From positions 1 to 58,221 of the forward strand of contig MQRK01240735.1 of assembly GCA_001938485.1 (NCBI GenBank): a stretch of DNA of 58,221 nt, written 5' to 3'. The stretch comes from Girardia tigrina (taxonomy: Eukaryota). Under the pieces are notes generated by a model. The model worked only from the letters and a program-made list of their open reading frames with translations. It had not been told where the DNA came from and searched no databases. The translations under genes were made by a program, and so were the position numbers. Positions 28,301 to 41,110 of this stretch are shown here, one piece after another (position 1 is the first letter of the stretch; every line of letters starts with the position of its first letter).

Positions 28301-29997
28301 AACAGCCGTGCAATAAGGAATTTTACCTGATTATGAGAATATAAATATTTTTAAACACAGTCTGATTTAAATTCAAATGAACAATAAGGAATCGATGAGG
28401 TTATTATGATAATATAATCATATGAACATTTTATGCTTTTTACTTGAGAGAATTGTTATAGAAGCAAAAGACGATTTGGATGATGTTTAGAATAAGTTGT
28501 GGAGGAACGAGAACAACAAACCTACGACATGTTAACGACATATACATTATTGGCAAAACCAAGGCAGAGATTCAGGAACTTACAAATAGACTTCACATAG
28601 TGTCCAAGAAATCAGAAATAAAAATCAAGAAAGAAAAAAACAAAATAATGATTTTAGGAAACCTTAACGTGATCACACTCGAGATCGATCTTAAATCGGA
28701 GAAGCTGAAAAAAATTAAGAGTTTTAAATACTTAGGTTCTACTATAACTGAGAATGGAGGAACGGAAGAAGAAATCTGTAACATGATTGGAATTGAAACA
28801 ACCATAATGATTATGCTTAACACAGTTTTAGCCTAAAAGAAATCAATCTCAAGAGTAGAATGAAGATTATTTTCTTGGAAACACCAAATCAGAAATGAAT
28901 ATCCAAACTTATAACGTTTGAAATGAAGCGCTACAGAAAAATGTTGAAGATCCCATGGAAAGATAATAAAACAAACGACTTTGTCTGGAAGACAGTGACA
29001 GAAACACTAAATAAAAGACCGGAATCAAAAGAAAAGTTCATCAAGAGGAATCTGAAATTCCAGGGACACCAGAAAAGAAAAGAAGCACTAACAAAAGTCA
29101 TAATTGAAGGAAGAGTAAAAGAATAAAATGTCCAAAGAGACAATGCGAAGACTACTTAAAATAATGGAGTAGATGGAACATGGAAGGTTTGAGAAAATCG
29201 GCTGCAGCTAGAGAGAAGTGGCAAAGGTTTCTTCATATTGGAGTGCACCCATGGTCAAACGGTTAAAGTTCAAAAGAAAAGAAAGAAGATATATTTTAAA
29301 ATTGAAATAACTCTTGTTAGATGTTCTAGGATCATCCTCAGGATTATTATTCAAAGTTGATTCCGACATCCAAATTTTATTATAATACAAAGTTTTTAAA
29401 ACTACTGATTAAAACTAATATTTAAACAAACTTTTTTTTCAGAAAAAAATTTGTTTCATTTATCTTAAACCGGTATAAATAAAAATTATAATATTAATAT
29501 TTAATTTTATAAATTTATATTATCATTATATACTAATTACCTTTAATCAAATTTTATAATTTGAAATTACAAGAACATTTACAATTATTTAATAGTTTCG
29601 TTAAATTTTTCTACATTTTAATTGGTATATTTAATTTTACAATATTTCAAAAATTTTTATTAAAATTTCTGAATTCTTAACAACTCTAAAGGTTATTTTC
29701 TAAATAAGAACTATAATTTACTGTACAAACATACGAAATGAGGGTAAAATTATCAGTGTATGTGACATGTAATACTACTGCTATTTGAATCTATTTTATC
29801 CCAATTAAATTTAGATTGGCCCAATTCAAGAATGATTGTAAACCAATTATCGATCATTTTGAAAAGGAGAACCTGGTTTTCAAGGTAGATGGAAATCTTA
29901 ATGTTGATGAGGTTGTGATTCGTTACTACGATTTTTTTATTGATTCTATAACTTTTAGGTCTTTGGGAAAATAAAAGAAAAGTTTAAAAATCTTTAA
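10330..29997 (+). CDS. CMPK1: UMP-CMP kinase, 198 aa; exons 10330-10434, 16249-16395, 24232-24440, 29815-29911, 29959-29997
   Basis: [16 protein letters not shown] / [31 protein letters not shown] / [38 protein letters not shown] / [24 protein letters not shown] / [12 protein letters not shown]. All introns GT-AG; exons sum to 597 nt in frame. Confidence 0.95.
10470..11510. repeat. About three diverged ~340-bp AT-rich tandem units plus an inverted partial unit
   Basis: AATGATTTATTTT..ATC(C/T)AAAGAAATT(T/C)TAAG recurs near 10483, 10821 and 11171; a reverse-complement copy lies at about 11390-11505. Confidence 0.65.
11856..11911 (-). ncRNA. Minimal hammerhead ribozyme motif in PLE pLTR
   Basis: CTGAAGA-T-GGTGGA(AAT)TCCACC-GAAA-AATATT-GCGACAA, with stem I partner TTGTC...GC upstream. 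Confidence 0.65.
12277..12681. mobile_element. Solo LTR (family B)
   Basis: Ends TTCCTCACA, 5-bp TSD AACTC, splits the PLE endonuclease frame. Confidence 0.75.
12741..15990 (+). mobile_element. Inverted second copy of the PLE 3' end/pLTR (12741-12945 and 15886-15990), split by the hAT insertion
   Basis: Reverse-complement match to 11830-12110 (GGGAAAGAGTTACTTGTGAGGCATTATTGATTAAATCAC..., then CAGCCTAAAGATGGTGGAAAATCTACCGAAATATATTGCGACA). Confidence 0.8.
12946..15877 (+). mobile_element. Full-length hAT (Buster/Charlie/ZBED5-type) transposon with inactivated transposase
   Basis: 14-bp TIR CAGTGGTTCCCAAA / TTTGGGAACCACTG and perfect 8-bp TSD TATAAGAC. Motifs [57 protein letters not shown]-terminal SNPSH*; several stops and frameshifts. 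Confidence 0.95.
17465..17810 (+). mobile_element. Penelope-like 3' fragment with degenerate hammerhead (17746-17790)
   Basis: [10 protein letters not shown]...[22 protein letters not shown], then GTGAC-CTGATGA-T-GACGGT(TAA)ACCGTC-TAAA-TATATT-ATCAC. Confidence 0.8.
18598..19013 (+). pseudogene. DEAD-box helicase N-terminal fragment (DDX28-like)
   Basis: Q-motif [32 protein letters not shown] followed by motif I with an in-frame stop (DS*TGGGK); sequence breaks into repeats immediately afterwards. Confidence 0.7.
19200..19720 (-). mobile_element. Penelope-like remnant (linker and GIY-YIG start); an inverted family-B-like LTR begins at 19721 and runs into the gap
   Basis: Minus translations [19 protein letters not shown] and [17 protein letters not shown]; TGTGAGGG start at 19721. 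Confidence 0.65.
20433..22342 (-). CDS. Importin-7/8-like karyopherin-beta protein, 619 aa, C-terminally short; exons 22342-22268 and 22217-20433
   Basis: IBN_N-like start (…RHLMDICM…[17 protein letters not shown]), DFPKPW, ENDPE-like QNDPEKF, and [22 protein letters not shown] resembling IPO7 VFPLF...MRARACW. 50-nt GT-AG intron; 1.75-kb uninterrupted second exon. Confidence 0.8.
23110..23400 (-). mobile_element. Retroelement gag remnant
   Basis: Degenerate CCHC knuckle on minus strand: [15 protein letters not shown]. Confidence 0.5.
26120..26230. repeat. Perfect 53-bp inverted repeat with 5-nt loop
   Basis: 26120-26172 is the exact reverse complement of 26178-26230; loop ATTTA. Confidence 0.95.
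26641..26877. mobile_element. piggyBac-type MITE
   Basis: TTAA flanks, TIR CCCCTTTACC / GGTAAAGGGA, three internal palindromic ACGAGTTAACTCG motifs. Confidence 0.75.
28420..29260 (+). mobile_element. 5'-truncated RTE-clade LINE remnant
   Basis: Degenerate RT (TNLRHVNDI for NLRYADD), [35 protein letters not shown]. Confidence 0.8.
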
Positions 29998-30460
29998 TCT
30001 ATGAGGTGTGCGAATGAATATTACGACGAATGAATAATTTATAAATCACCCTATTAATTTTATTTGAATAAAATTTAGGATTTGGTTTTTCCATTTCAAC
30101 TGAGTATTTTCTTTCCTTATGAAACTTTGTTGTTTTAATTAGCGTATTTGTTGTGAGAGAAATACAATTCAGCTTTACCTTGTTTTAATTTTTGATGGTG
30201 TATATTTGTATAGATTATTAAATCGAATTGAAGCCGCACTTTTTCGTTTTTAATAATTGATTCATTAAAATGATTTAATTTTTAAAAATGAAAGCTTAAA
30301 ATTGGAATAATTCTTTGGAATAATATTTTGAAATCTTTTGTTTTAACAGTTGTTGGACATTTTTAATAGTGTGCGGATGTAAGTAGAATGAACATGTGTC
30401 TTTTACATTGATTCTAGGTATAATGAGGTTTAAAAAACAAATTAAGTAGTTACAACTATA

Positions 30461-31896
30461 CCGTATTTCTTCTAATAGATCGACATGTCGGTCTGTTGTT
30501 TCGAATGGTGGTCATCATGTCGCTCTAATTTTTCAAATGGTTTTTCACGTGGGTCTATTAGAGCAAGTTTATTAGTGACTTCAAATTGATTATGAGAATC
30601 AGGTAACATAAGTAGGTCGTAAGAATGAGTTATAATAAATTGGTCGTGAGAACATGCACTGCTTGTGGTTTTCTTTATAGAGTAGAAATACAAAAGCCAC
30701 ATAATGTATAAAATTATATTTTCAACAAATAAAATATGTGTATGCTATCAAGCATCATTCGGAATCTGAGTCGTATTGACTCACACTATCTTGGTTTGAA
30801 TCATACACATTCATCATCAAATACCAGATTTTCTAGTGCTGCTAGCAGTGATCCCATTTCCATGTTCACCCATCGTTTTTTTCTGTTATTCAGCTTGACA
30901 CATCCGCAATCGGAAACAGCAGTATCATGTGACCCACGAGGTGGTAGAGATGTGGATTGTGTAGAATCAAGCAAAACAGTCAACGCCATAAGTCATCTAC
31001 AGTTCGTAGTTTTCTTTTTGTCACTTCTGGGAAATAAAGAGAATAAAGGATTAGATTTTTCTGGCTTTATCCACCAAACATCTGCGAGAAACCAAGACTT
31101 TCTTCTTAATATATTCTTTCTTATACTACGTAAATAATTCCTACTCTAATTCTGTTGAAGTTAACTTCCTTACTCCGTCACACAAGCGGCTCTCTTGCTT
31201 GTCTGAAGAAGTAGTTGAATCTCATTTTGTAATTGTTTCTCTTGTTTTCTCCAGTCAATGATGTCAAATCGACTAATTCCAAAATGCTGGGAGAAGAGTT
31301 GTTGAAAGTCTTCTTGGCATTATCTATTACACTTACATTGAATCCAAGTGTGTATGAAGTTTTTTTACGACGATTGTCTGAAGTGAGAGGTGCCTCAGAT
31401 TTATTGCATTCATCTTTATCTGCAATGCTGACAATGTCCATTGGTAAAACACAGCAATGAATCAATATCAATCTGTCATTCCAGAAACTGAATGGTAGGT
31501 AACTGTACCTGCTTTTAGCTTAGAAGCACCAATCAGTAGACACATAAAATAAGATTAAAGTAAGTGTCGGGTTTTTGTTACACACATACACACACACTTT
31601 ATTACTTACTCATGACAGCCGTTCTGCTCCACTACATTACCTCATGGTAAATAGAAGATAGAGTAAGTTGGATAACTTGAATGACATCCACTGTGCGTGT
31701 AGCTGGTGATAAGGAGAAATCTTGATTTAGATGATGATTTATTTTTTAAATGGTTGTCTCCAGACCTGTCTAATAAAGTGACATATCGCTTTAACTAAGC
31801 AATGTAGGTTTATTGATTCGAATGGCAGTCTACATGTCGGTCTAATGGAACATGTCGCTCTAATTAAACACTGTTGCTCTATTAGAAGAAATGCGA
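30461..31896 (-). mobile_element. pogo-like DNA transposon, deleted
   Basis: TIR CCGTATTTCTTCTAATAGA / TCTATTAGAAGAAATGCGA with TA flanks. N-terminal HTH remnant RKKTSYTLGFNVSVIDNAKK. Confidence 0.75.
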
Positions 31897-32864
31897 TATA
31901 TTATATAATAAATTACTATCCAATATATAGTTTTAACCACTTCATTGTTTTCAAAACCTAATTATTAGTGGGGCATTATAATAAATAATGCTTTTGAGAA
32001 ACTTCACTTTCGATGATAAAAATGATGATGAATAAATGTGATCAGAAACACGCATACTTTGAAAATAATAACAATAATTAATGCTATTTTTCAAAACCAG
32101 ATTATTTAAACAGTTTTTCTCAAACCTTTTATATCAAACATCGCATCCATTCTAATTACAAAACCGGATCGAAGATTTTGTGATACAGATGAATATTTTA
32201 GACACTAATAGATATTTCATTCTGTTGAAATCGTTGTAACTGTGTGTATTGTATAACTTGCATCATGACATTAAAAGTAAAGAAAATTTTATTGTAATTA
32301 GTTTCTTGTGTAGTCTGGGACGCCCTCGATTCAGCCGCTCTCCGAACCTATTGACTGTGGGGAACTCCTTTTGCAAAGAGTCTGGATCAGGCGTCTACTT
32401 TGTTCCGTGTAGCCGCTTTACTCTCCACGTAGATTCCACCGTCAAGAACCGGTCATACGATTATATATATAAGTAGCAAGCAAAACTTTAAACGATAAAG
32501 GATCAGTGGATTTTCATTCAATATAACACTATATAATTTTGATTCGAATCGTCTTTAGGCAAGGAGAGAGAGGAATTTATAAATAAATATATCAATATAT
32601 AATTTATAATTTAATTTTTGAAACCCAAATACAATGCCGGATACAATGAATGAAGTAACTAGAGCTCGTGAAGAAATAAGAAGTGAATCAATTAAGATTT
32701 CTTTTTCTTATTTTGGTTTGAAGTTACTTCGAAATTAACAACTAGAAGGAATTGAATAATATGAATGGATCACATTAGATTAAAAATAATAAAGAGTACT
32801 TGTACATCAAGGACGATCTCTAATGTTATACTTTCAATTAAATTTGCAGAAAGAGATAGTGGAA

Positions 32865-34874
32865 CAGTGATGCCAGCGGTCAATTTTTAAAATTTCCCAC
32901 CTTAAATTATTTTCCCGTATGACACAATGTCACTATGTACGGAATGTTGTACCACCCTATGGAAATCATATAATACCTCCCTGAATACCCCATCAAATAG
33001 AAATGAAAACAGATGTTCACATAGATACAGAAAACTTTATTAAAAATTTAAACTAAAGAATTAGGTAATCCCATCATCAATATAATGTTTTGTAAATTAA
33101 GCTGAGGTGCAATTATGTTACATATAAAAAGGATAGATGTGCAATAGTTCATATAGTAGAGTTATAGCATGAATGCCCCTGCCTTGGAAATCGTTTCCTG
33201 CACTATTTGTTGAAGGACGGCTACTAATCAGTAGCCTGGATTGGGAAGTCATGATCCTCGAAGTGGATGCAGCATCTCAATTGTGCCTTCATTTTTGTAA
33301 TTCTTTCATCATGCTTAGGTTTAGAGAGGTCATGGGTGCTACTACTAAAGAATTGCAGCAGAGACATGCAGTTTGCCTTATCTAAACAATTTTTCTCGTG
33401 TGTTTTCCCTTCCGTGTGTGAAGAAACTGCACATATTCCGCAAATTACCAGCCAAAAAGTTTTACTGCATTTGGTACAAAGTGCACGGCTTTTATCATCT
33501 CATACTGTACTCAACCACGTTTTAAATGGCAATCCATCAATACCAGTCTTATTTAACCAGTCTTACTGAAAAGGTGTCCTTCTTTGTTTGCTCATTTGAA
33601 ATAGCATAAAAATGAGAAACAGCTTTTCAAAAATTAAGGTGTTCAGATTAATATGAAATTCACTGTAAAATACCTTCCAAACCTAGTATCATTCAATACT
33701 GAATTCGACTTATGTTTAAATCAATCAATTTATCCTTTTTCATTTAATTTTATTGAAACGCTACATAAATCAGTGTTCCAATACAGAGAAATTGAGAAAA
33801 AATGCATTTGGCATGAAGACGCTGCGTATACCATTGTATTAGGATAAGCAATCTTTAAAAGGCTCTAGAAACAAAGAGACAATTAGGGCAATGTAAACCG
33901 GTAGATCTGATGTTTTGTGTAGCTCTCATAAAAAATGTCAACGTTAAGTTAAATAGTTCAAGTGATATTATTAGGAGGATTTCAAGTTTATAAATGAGAG
34001 ATGAACCAAACATCGAAGCATCGAGAAAGATATAAAACATGAGTTGCACTGAAATAAAACTGGGATAACGATATGACATATCTACATTCCAGTGTAGTCC
34101 AAAATGTTTCTCTTAAAGTCATCGTATAAAGAATTTTCAAATACTGTAAAAAGTGTACTAGATGTTAAAAAGATGAATGGATTCAATCATCGATTAGACT
34201 ATAAAGTGAGGATAGAGAATAATAATTCGAAATTACTGAAACCAAATGCGCACTAATTTGGTTTATATGAATAATGACGTTTAGACAAATGAAAAATTAG
34301 GACGAAGTTAAACTGTTCTGTCATACAAGGACAAATATTTGTTACATTAATTCGTATGGATAAATGACAGAGGACTTCAACTCAATCAAAAGTACCTTGA
34401 TCTATGGTATTTATCTCTAAATAATTCCTTCAGAAAAATGGAAATAGGTTATCACAAAAAATGTATAAAACAAAAATAAAACACAAAAACATACTTGGAC
34501 ATACTGAGATTCGTTTACTCTAGAAGTCAATGTATAGCATAAATTAACAGACTGCACAATACACACAGTGAGTATATCAGAAATTATTTATTTATGAAGA
34601 AGAAAAACATAAATGACAAGTCATAGTTACTTCTAAAAAAGATTGTTAACCGATGATTTTCTGTACGAAATTCTAAAAAGGAAAAACAATGCGGAGTTTA
34701 TAAATAGTATAACTTAGCATTAAAAGTATGGAAGTCTTTACTTTTTACATTTCATTAAGAAAAAACATGACCAATCATTTATCATTTACACAATGGAAAA
34801 AATCCGGCTACAATTCAGTTTTTCCCGCATTTCCCGCTGTTTTACAAAATTTCCCGCACGGTCTGATATCACTG
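32865..34874 (-). mobile_element. Non-autonomous hAT-like element
   Basis: TIR CAGTGATGCCAG / CTGATATCACTG, 8-bp TSD TAGTGGAA/TTGTGGAA. Minus-strand BED-like finger WLSTV*DDKSRALCTKCSKTF...SHTEGKTH. Confidence 0.7.
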
Positions 34875-36022
34875 TTGTGGAAGATATGTTGGAGAAATAC
34901 TCAAAGACACAAGGTAAACATGAAAGTAATATGAATGAAATCCTCAAAAAAACAAATTACAACTGTTACAATGGTTCGACAACATTCTATCATAGAATTT
35001 AAAAAATATGATTAGAATTCATAAGTAGGGTTTTCGAGGCTTTTTCTAGGATATTTATGACCAGTTACATATAAGAAGATTTATTTGTTGTGGAAAACTG
35101 TGCCAATTTATGGATCTCAAAGAACATGCGATACGGATCACTTAATTTTTGCATTTGTTGAAATTGTTTATTTTTTAATGTTTGTTGTCTATTTGTTTTG
35201 TTTACTTATTTTATTTTAATGGTATTGACCGCTTTAATCCTCATCTGCATTATGGAGCTATATGTCCCCGAATGACAGATTAAGCTCATCCTTAATCTAT
35301 TTTATTAATCCACTCTGTAATAACATTCACAAAAACGAAAATCACTCAAAATATTTGATAGATAAAAACTTTAACGAATGAATTTGGTCTGAATTTGTTG
35401 TTTCGCACTTTCAAACTTATTTATTTAGTTAGAACTAAATTTATTTTTAAAGAACTATTAGTTTAAATTTAATTTTATAACTGAATCTAAATTTTACAAA
35501 AAATACATTACACAAGAAATTAAACATTTATTTACACAATGAATTATTTCAAGTTTATTATGATCGATGTTCTGTAGCTCTTACAGACGACTTTCACAGT
35601 CAGGGTACAACTTGAGACGTGTTTCTATTGGTTGTCACGAGTCATTATGTAAGAAATAAGACAAATACAGTTGAGTGTATTGTGTGTTTGCTATTATGTG
35701 AACAATGTTTGATGACGTATCAACGAGAGATGCGAGAACACGTGTGTCGTAAATCAATTGTTTCGTAAAGTGTTATCGTGTTTGGAATTTTCGAGTTTTA
35801 ATTACCTGTTATAGAATTGTGTTTTATTTGTAGACATCGAATCATATCATCGACCGAGACCAATTTTGCATAAGAGAAAACAGTAAACAAAAACAACGAT
35901 TGTTTCAATTAAGGGTTTAAATTGTATTGTTTTATAAAATAATGGTTTTAATAGGTTTTGTGATTTCATTTTATTTTTTTACTAAATTAATTATTTGCTT
36001 TGTATAAGGTAAAATTTACGCA

Positions 36023-36023
<1 letters not shown>

Positions 36024-36067
<44 letters not shown>
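36024..36067. repeat. (TA)n microsatellite
   Basis: Uninterrupted TA run. Confidence 0.95.
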
Positions 36068-36071
<4 letters not shown>

Positions 36072-37282
36072 CCAATAAAAGTCATCATATTTATTTTCTC
36101 CACTATCTTCTTGGTCGCCAAATACCCAGCACATATTGCAGGCAATACGCTCTTTCATCAACTGCTTTTTACGGCCGCTGACTTTTCGCTTTCCTGTTAA
36201 AATTTCAGAGTTTAATACTCTTTTTACCCGTGTACGTCTTTCCGACTATTATACTCAAAGATTACAATACACCGTTTCACCAGTACCACACGCGCCTCGG
36301 CCAAACTAATTGATATATCCGTATTACGTATTCTGTCAAGTTTAGTTTTACGAAGAGCAGTGCGTGTGCAGGAATTATGAAAAGCTTGTAGGCGGGTTAC
36401 CTCTTTTTCAGGTGTTACCCAGCACTCACTCTATAAAACACTGCCGTAAAAATACTTTATTCAATTAGTTTTCTTTTCAGCGCTACAGGAACTCGGTTAC
36501 CTTGAATCACAGACTGCAGTTCTCATAATTCCATCATTCGACAACGCAACCACTGACCGATATCCAGACTGCACCTACCACATATGGTGAATATACTGTT
36601 GAGGTAATAGAACTCGCTCACCCATTCTAAGACTTTGTCACCACACATCACTTGCGATATTCCAGTCTCCGACTCATCAGTTAGGCCCATGACTTTCGTC
36701 TAAAATACACTAATAGTTAACCCGAATTCTGAAAATGTACTTCTAAGTTTATCCATGATTTTACAGACACGATCGATATCACAATCGATGATGCATAAAT
36801 CATCTACATAAGCAAGTATATAGACTTAAAATTCGTCATCATGCTCGTCGATCAGGGTAATTCCTCCCGAATCCTTTAACTATCGCCGTTTAAATAACTT
36901 CATTGAAGACTTAGTTAATAAGACAAGATTCGATCACACATCCCTGTCTGTCACCTCTTTCCACGAGAAACTTACAATTACTCACAGAAGCAATAAAGCT
37001 CTCTTGGAATTGCTTGATCAGGCAGAAAATCATATTGGTCGAGCCGAATCTTTTCAGACAAGCCAACAGATCACAAATACATTCTGGGTTTTGTATCAAC
37101 CTTCTTCCTGTATTCGCCAGAGTACACTTATGGCCTGCATAGTACCTCTTTTCGACCGAAAAACCTTTCTTTTATCTAACCTTTCTTCTATCACCTGCAT
37201 CAATCTTTTTATGATTATTTGTGCTAAAACTTTGCCAGTGACTTCTAAGAAGAAGATCCTTCTATAATTATTCGGATCAGAC

Positions 37283-38112
37283 AATTAACAACAACAATAT
37301 GAGTTTTGCAACATTTATTATTATTACAATCGCATTCACTATTTGAAATCTCTCTTGATCAATTTATTTTTGAGTTCAAACTAATTATTTTCAATAAATG
37401 AAAATCTGCTAATAAAAATTATTAATTATAAAGAATGTAATTGGTAGAAATTAAATCTAAACATTTTTAAAAAAGAACATATTAAATTAATATATTAAAA
37501 TTTTAAATTACATTAAAAAATAAATAATACATTCAAAAATTATTTTAAATCTTTTTACTTTAAAATTAAATTATTTTTAATTAACGGATAACATCAAATA
37601 GTAGGTGGACATGAAATAGTAGGTGTAATGAAGTTTTCAAAAAATTTTCCACCTACTATTAAAATAGTAGGTGGAATCAAATAGTATAGAATCAAATTGT
37701 TTAGAATGGCATATTTCGAAACATGATGTGTATGGTGAACGTTTTGTAAAAAAGTATTTGTCGGAACCCCAAAAAGAAACTGATCACAGTGATAGTGAAG
37801 AAATATTAACTGATGATGCTTTTATTATCTATGAGGAATAAATTCTTATTTTTCCAGTTTAATTCTTATTTATTTTTCAAGTTTAAGACAAGTTCAAAAC
37901 AAAAGCACCAAATAGTAGGTGTAAACCAATATTGGGCGCCTTTTCAATTTTTTTTCCACCTACTATTAAAATAGTAGGTGTCCTACTATTTCATGTTATC
38001 CGTTAGTAAGAATCAAAGAAAATATCAATCATCCATTTGTGTAGGAGAGGCACAATCCGAATCAACATACAACATGCACAATATCAACACACAATTCAAA
38101 ACATTCCTCACA
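37283..38112. mobile_element. Solo LTR (family B) containing a MITE
   Basis: 5-bp TSD CAGAC, ends TTCCTCACA, family-B internal block at about 38030-38110. Confidence 0.75.
37581..38006. mobile_element. MITE with ~25-bp TIRs and subterminal AAATAGTAGGTG repeats
   Basis: TAACGGATAACATCAAATAGTAGG / CCTACTATTTCATGTTATCCGTTA, with apparent TAA target duplication. Confidence 0.75.
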
Positions 38113-38210
38113 CAGACCTTGCACACTTTCCCTTGAAGAGTGTTATCACTTTTGCACTTCTTCAAACCATCGGAACTGATGATCAATTCCGTTCTAGTCA
38201 TCTCAAAATC

Positions 38211-41110
38211 GAGTGAATCCTCTCATTAAGTCCACCTCCAATTAAGGCCATCAATTTTTTTAACGTATTGTTTTAGACGTAAAAAAACGCATAACCCTCC
38301 CAATAAAGCCGAAATTCCCATGAAAACCCTTTTTTCTATTATGATTGGATTTATAAATTTCAAAAATCTTTTAACAAAATTCATTTTTAACAATTATTTT
38401 TACATTTAATTGTTAATCATGACATAACATTGACATCATGATTTATGGATAGAAAAATTCTATATATGAAACTAAATAAAAAATTTGTAATTTTCCAAAT
38501 TAAAAATTTGTTTATATTTTCAGTAATAATTCAAAACTTAATCCCTTTAACATGAAGCAAAACAAAGTAATAAAGTAATATACTTTCTATCTCACAAAAG
38601 AAACTTATCAAAGCTTATGGAATTAAGCACCCAAAATTAACACACATCGAAATTGCAAAACATTTTTCAGAAGAATTTCATTGTGTTAGGGTTTTGGAAA
38701 ATGCATATGAACACTTCTTGATAAAATTTTATATAAGTAAAAATTTAAAATAATTCTTTTGGTAAAATTATTAATTTCAAATAAAATAGTATTTAGTTTA
38801 ACAAAACTTGGAATTAAAAATTATAAATGTTTGTTTTACTTCATCAAAAATTATAAATATTGTAGTCTTTGTTTTACTGCATCAAAAATTATAAATATTG
38901 TAGTCTTTGTTTTACTTCATCAATTTTCAAGGCTGATGAAAATTACTATATAAACAGCAGCAAATCTAGTTTTAGTTTGCCCAAAAATTCTCTCATCAAA
39001 AAAACAAAGGAAGCAAGTAAACTCAAAATTATTTTCTATTATTTGTTATTCTTTTAAAAATATTATTCTTTAAACCAGAAGTACCCCGTATGGGAGAAGA
39101 AGGTTTAATTTAATTTTAAACATTCGTTCGTTTTGGGAGATTCACAGTTTTTACTGTAATCTATTAACTCGTACGAAATATTGTTTTGTGTTTGTGTTCT
39201 GTCATCAAGAATTGATTTATTATTATTGACTTGTTAATATTTGTTATTCGAAATAAAGTTTCATAAGGAATTTGTGTTCATTAATCATATATTTATGTTG
39301 GAAGTCCTTTCTGATTAATTGGAGTCAGATCAAAGATTAAAGATTATTGATTAAAGAATAAAGAATAGAGATTTACGATTAAAGATTAAGATTTAAGATT
39401 TGTGCTTTAAAAGTAAATAATTATATTAAAGATAATTTAATACCCAACAATTGTATGGTAGGACAAAAGGTAGTAGGTCAGATTATTAAAAATGACGTAC
39501 TGGAAAAATTAATTGAATCAGTTAATAGGAAAAGAGAACTACCAGTTATTAGTAAAGAACTTGAACAAGCTATGCTTCAGTGGATTAGCATGGCAAATGA
39601 GAGGGGCCTTTATACTACAGATCTAATACTACAAGAAAAGGCTTCTTGATTTGCGAAGTTACTGAATTTAACTTGGTTTAAATCAAGTAAAGGATGGATT
39701 GCCAAGTTTAAAAAACGAAATAATCTTAAATCATATCTTGTGTCAGGTGAAATTGCTTCCATTGAGCAGAGTGATATTAAAAAAAATCAAGAAATTCTTA
39801 GAGATAAATTGAAAAAAATTGCAATGCGTGATATTTATAATCTCGATCAAATGGGGTTATTTTTTAGATGCCCACCTAGCAGAACTATTACCTCACAGCC
39901 CTGTAAGGGAAGAAAAAATTCAATAGAAAGAATTACAGTAATGTTTTGTGTTAATAGTGATGGAAGTGATAAATGAAAACCTGTTGTGATAGGAAAAAAT
40001 TTAAATCCCAGATGTTTTAAAAATTTCAATGTTAGCTCCTTTGTTCATTACAAAGCAAATTGTAAGGCATGGGTCACAACTAATGAGTTTCAATCATATG
40101 TTCGTGATTTAGATAAAGAAATGAGAAACAAAAGAAGAAAAATTGCATTAACCGTGGATAATGCCCCATCCCACAAATGTGACAATCTTACAAATATTGA
40201 AATAATTTTTTTACACATTTAATATGACTGGTGTTTTACAGCCATTGGATGCAGGCATAATACGGTCTTTTAAGGCCCATTATAGACGAAATTTATTAAG
40301 ATACATACTCGATAAATATGATGAAGAAATACATCAATCAGTAAATGACACCAAAAAACACAACCTGTTCAATTCAATAACAGTTAAGGATGTAATTTGT
40401 TTTATTAAAAGTTCATGGAATACTGTGACTAAGGAAACAATTGTCAATTGTTAGAAGCATACAGGAATAATAAGTGGATTGGAAAAAATTATATCAAATA
40501 AAAACATTTAAATGAAAATGATCGTAATAAATTAGATGATGCAATGAAAGAGTTAAACATGGAGACAGATTATTTGGCATATGATTATCTTACTATTAAG
40601 GAGAAAAATGAAATTCATGGATCAATTAATGAAGAATAAATTGTCGATTTAGTTACAAAAAAATATATTCAATGAAGATCAAATATTGCAAATAGAAGCA
40701 ATTGATAATATAAATTTAAATGTAACAAAGGACTGTGAAGCAATTCAAGATGCGCCAATAATATTCAAAGAAGCATTCAATGCCTTAGAAATTGTCAAAA
40801 ATTTTATTTATCAAAAACAAACATGTGACGAAAAAGACATCGAAATTTTGGATAATATTGCTAAAATAATTAAAAAAGAAAAAGTTATCGGAAAACAAAC
40901 TAATCTAGATTGGTGGATTGCTACAAAAATGAATAAAAAATGCATGTCAAATTAAAAATAATAATTTTTTTGTAATATGTTTTTTTGTAATGTTATTTGT
41001 TTGTAAAAAAAATTTGTAAAAAAAACGCCCATCCTTCCCATTAAGACCAAATTCCTATTAAGGCCATAAATACACGAGTCCCAAATGTTGACATAATGAG
41101 AGGTTTAGTG
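38211..41110 (+). mobile_element. Tigger/pogo (TIGD-like) transposon, inactivated, with solo LTR insertion
   Basis: CENP-B-type HTHs (LEQAMLQW, FKSSKGWIAKFKKRNNL) and DDE_1 motifs IYNLDQMGLFF, VDNAPSH, LQPLDAGIIRSFKAHYR. Degenerate TIRs ..CCTCTCATTA(A/T)GTC at both ends. Confidence 0.85.
38684..39449. mobile_element. Solo LTR with internal ~39-bp tandem repeats
   Basis: TGTTAGG...CCCAACA termini, 4-bp TSD ATTG; removing it restores the transposase reading (…EEFHC/MVGQKV…). Confidence 0.8.

Larger units (their letters stand above)
36150..38170 (-). mobile_element. Decayed LINE (RTE-like RT), split by a solo LTR
   Basis: SAKVITLFKGK..(insertion)..SDPNNYRRIFFLEVTGKVLA, VERGDRQGC, LAYVDDL. Confidence 0.8.

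Noticed and set aside
32235-32830. Possible additional solo LTR
   Set aside because: TG start and LTR-like composition, but I could not find a matching CA end with a TSD.
38170-38192. CTGATGA motif as another hammerhead or C/D box
   Set aside because: No stem II/GAAA/UH arrangement follows.
38815-38925. CRISPR-like direct repeats (also the AAATAGTAGGTG repeats at 37590-37990)
   Set aside because: Head-to-tail tandem or subterminal TE repeats without unique spacers; eukaryotic context and no cas genes.
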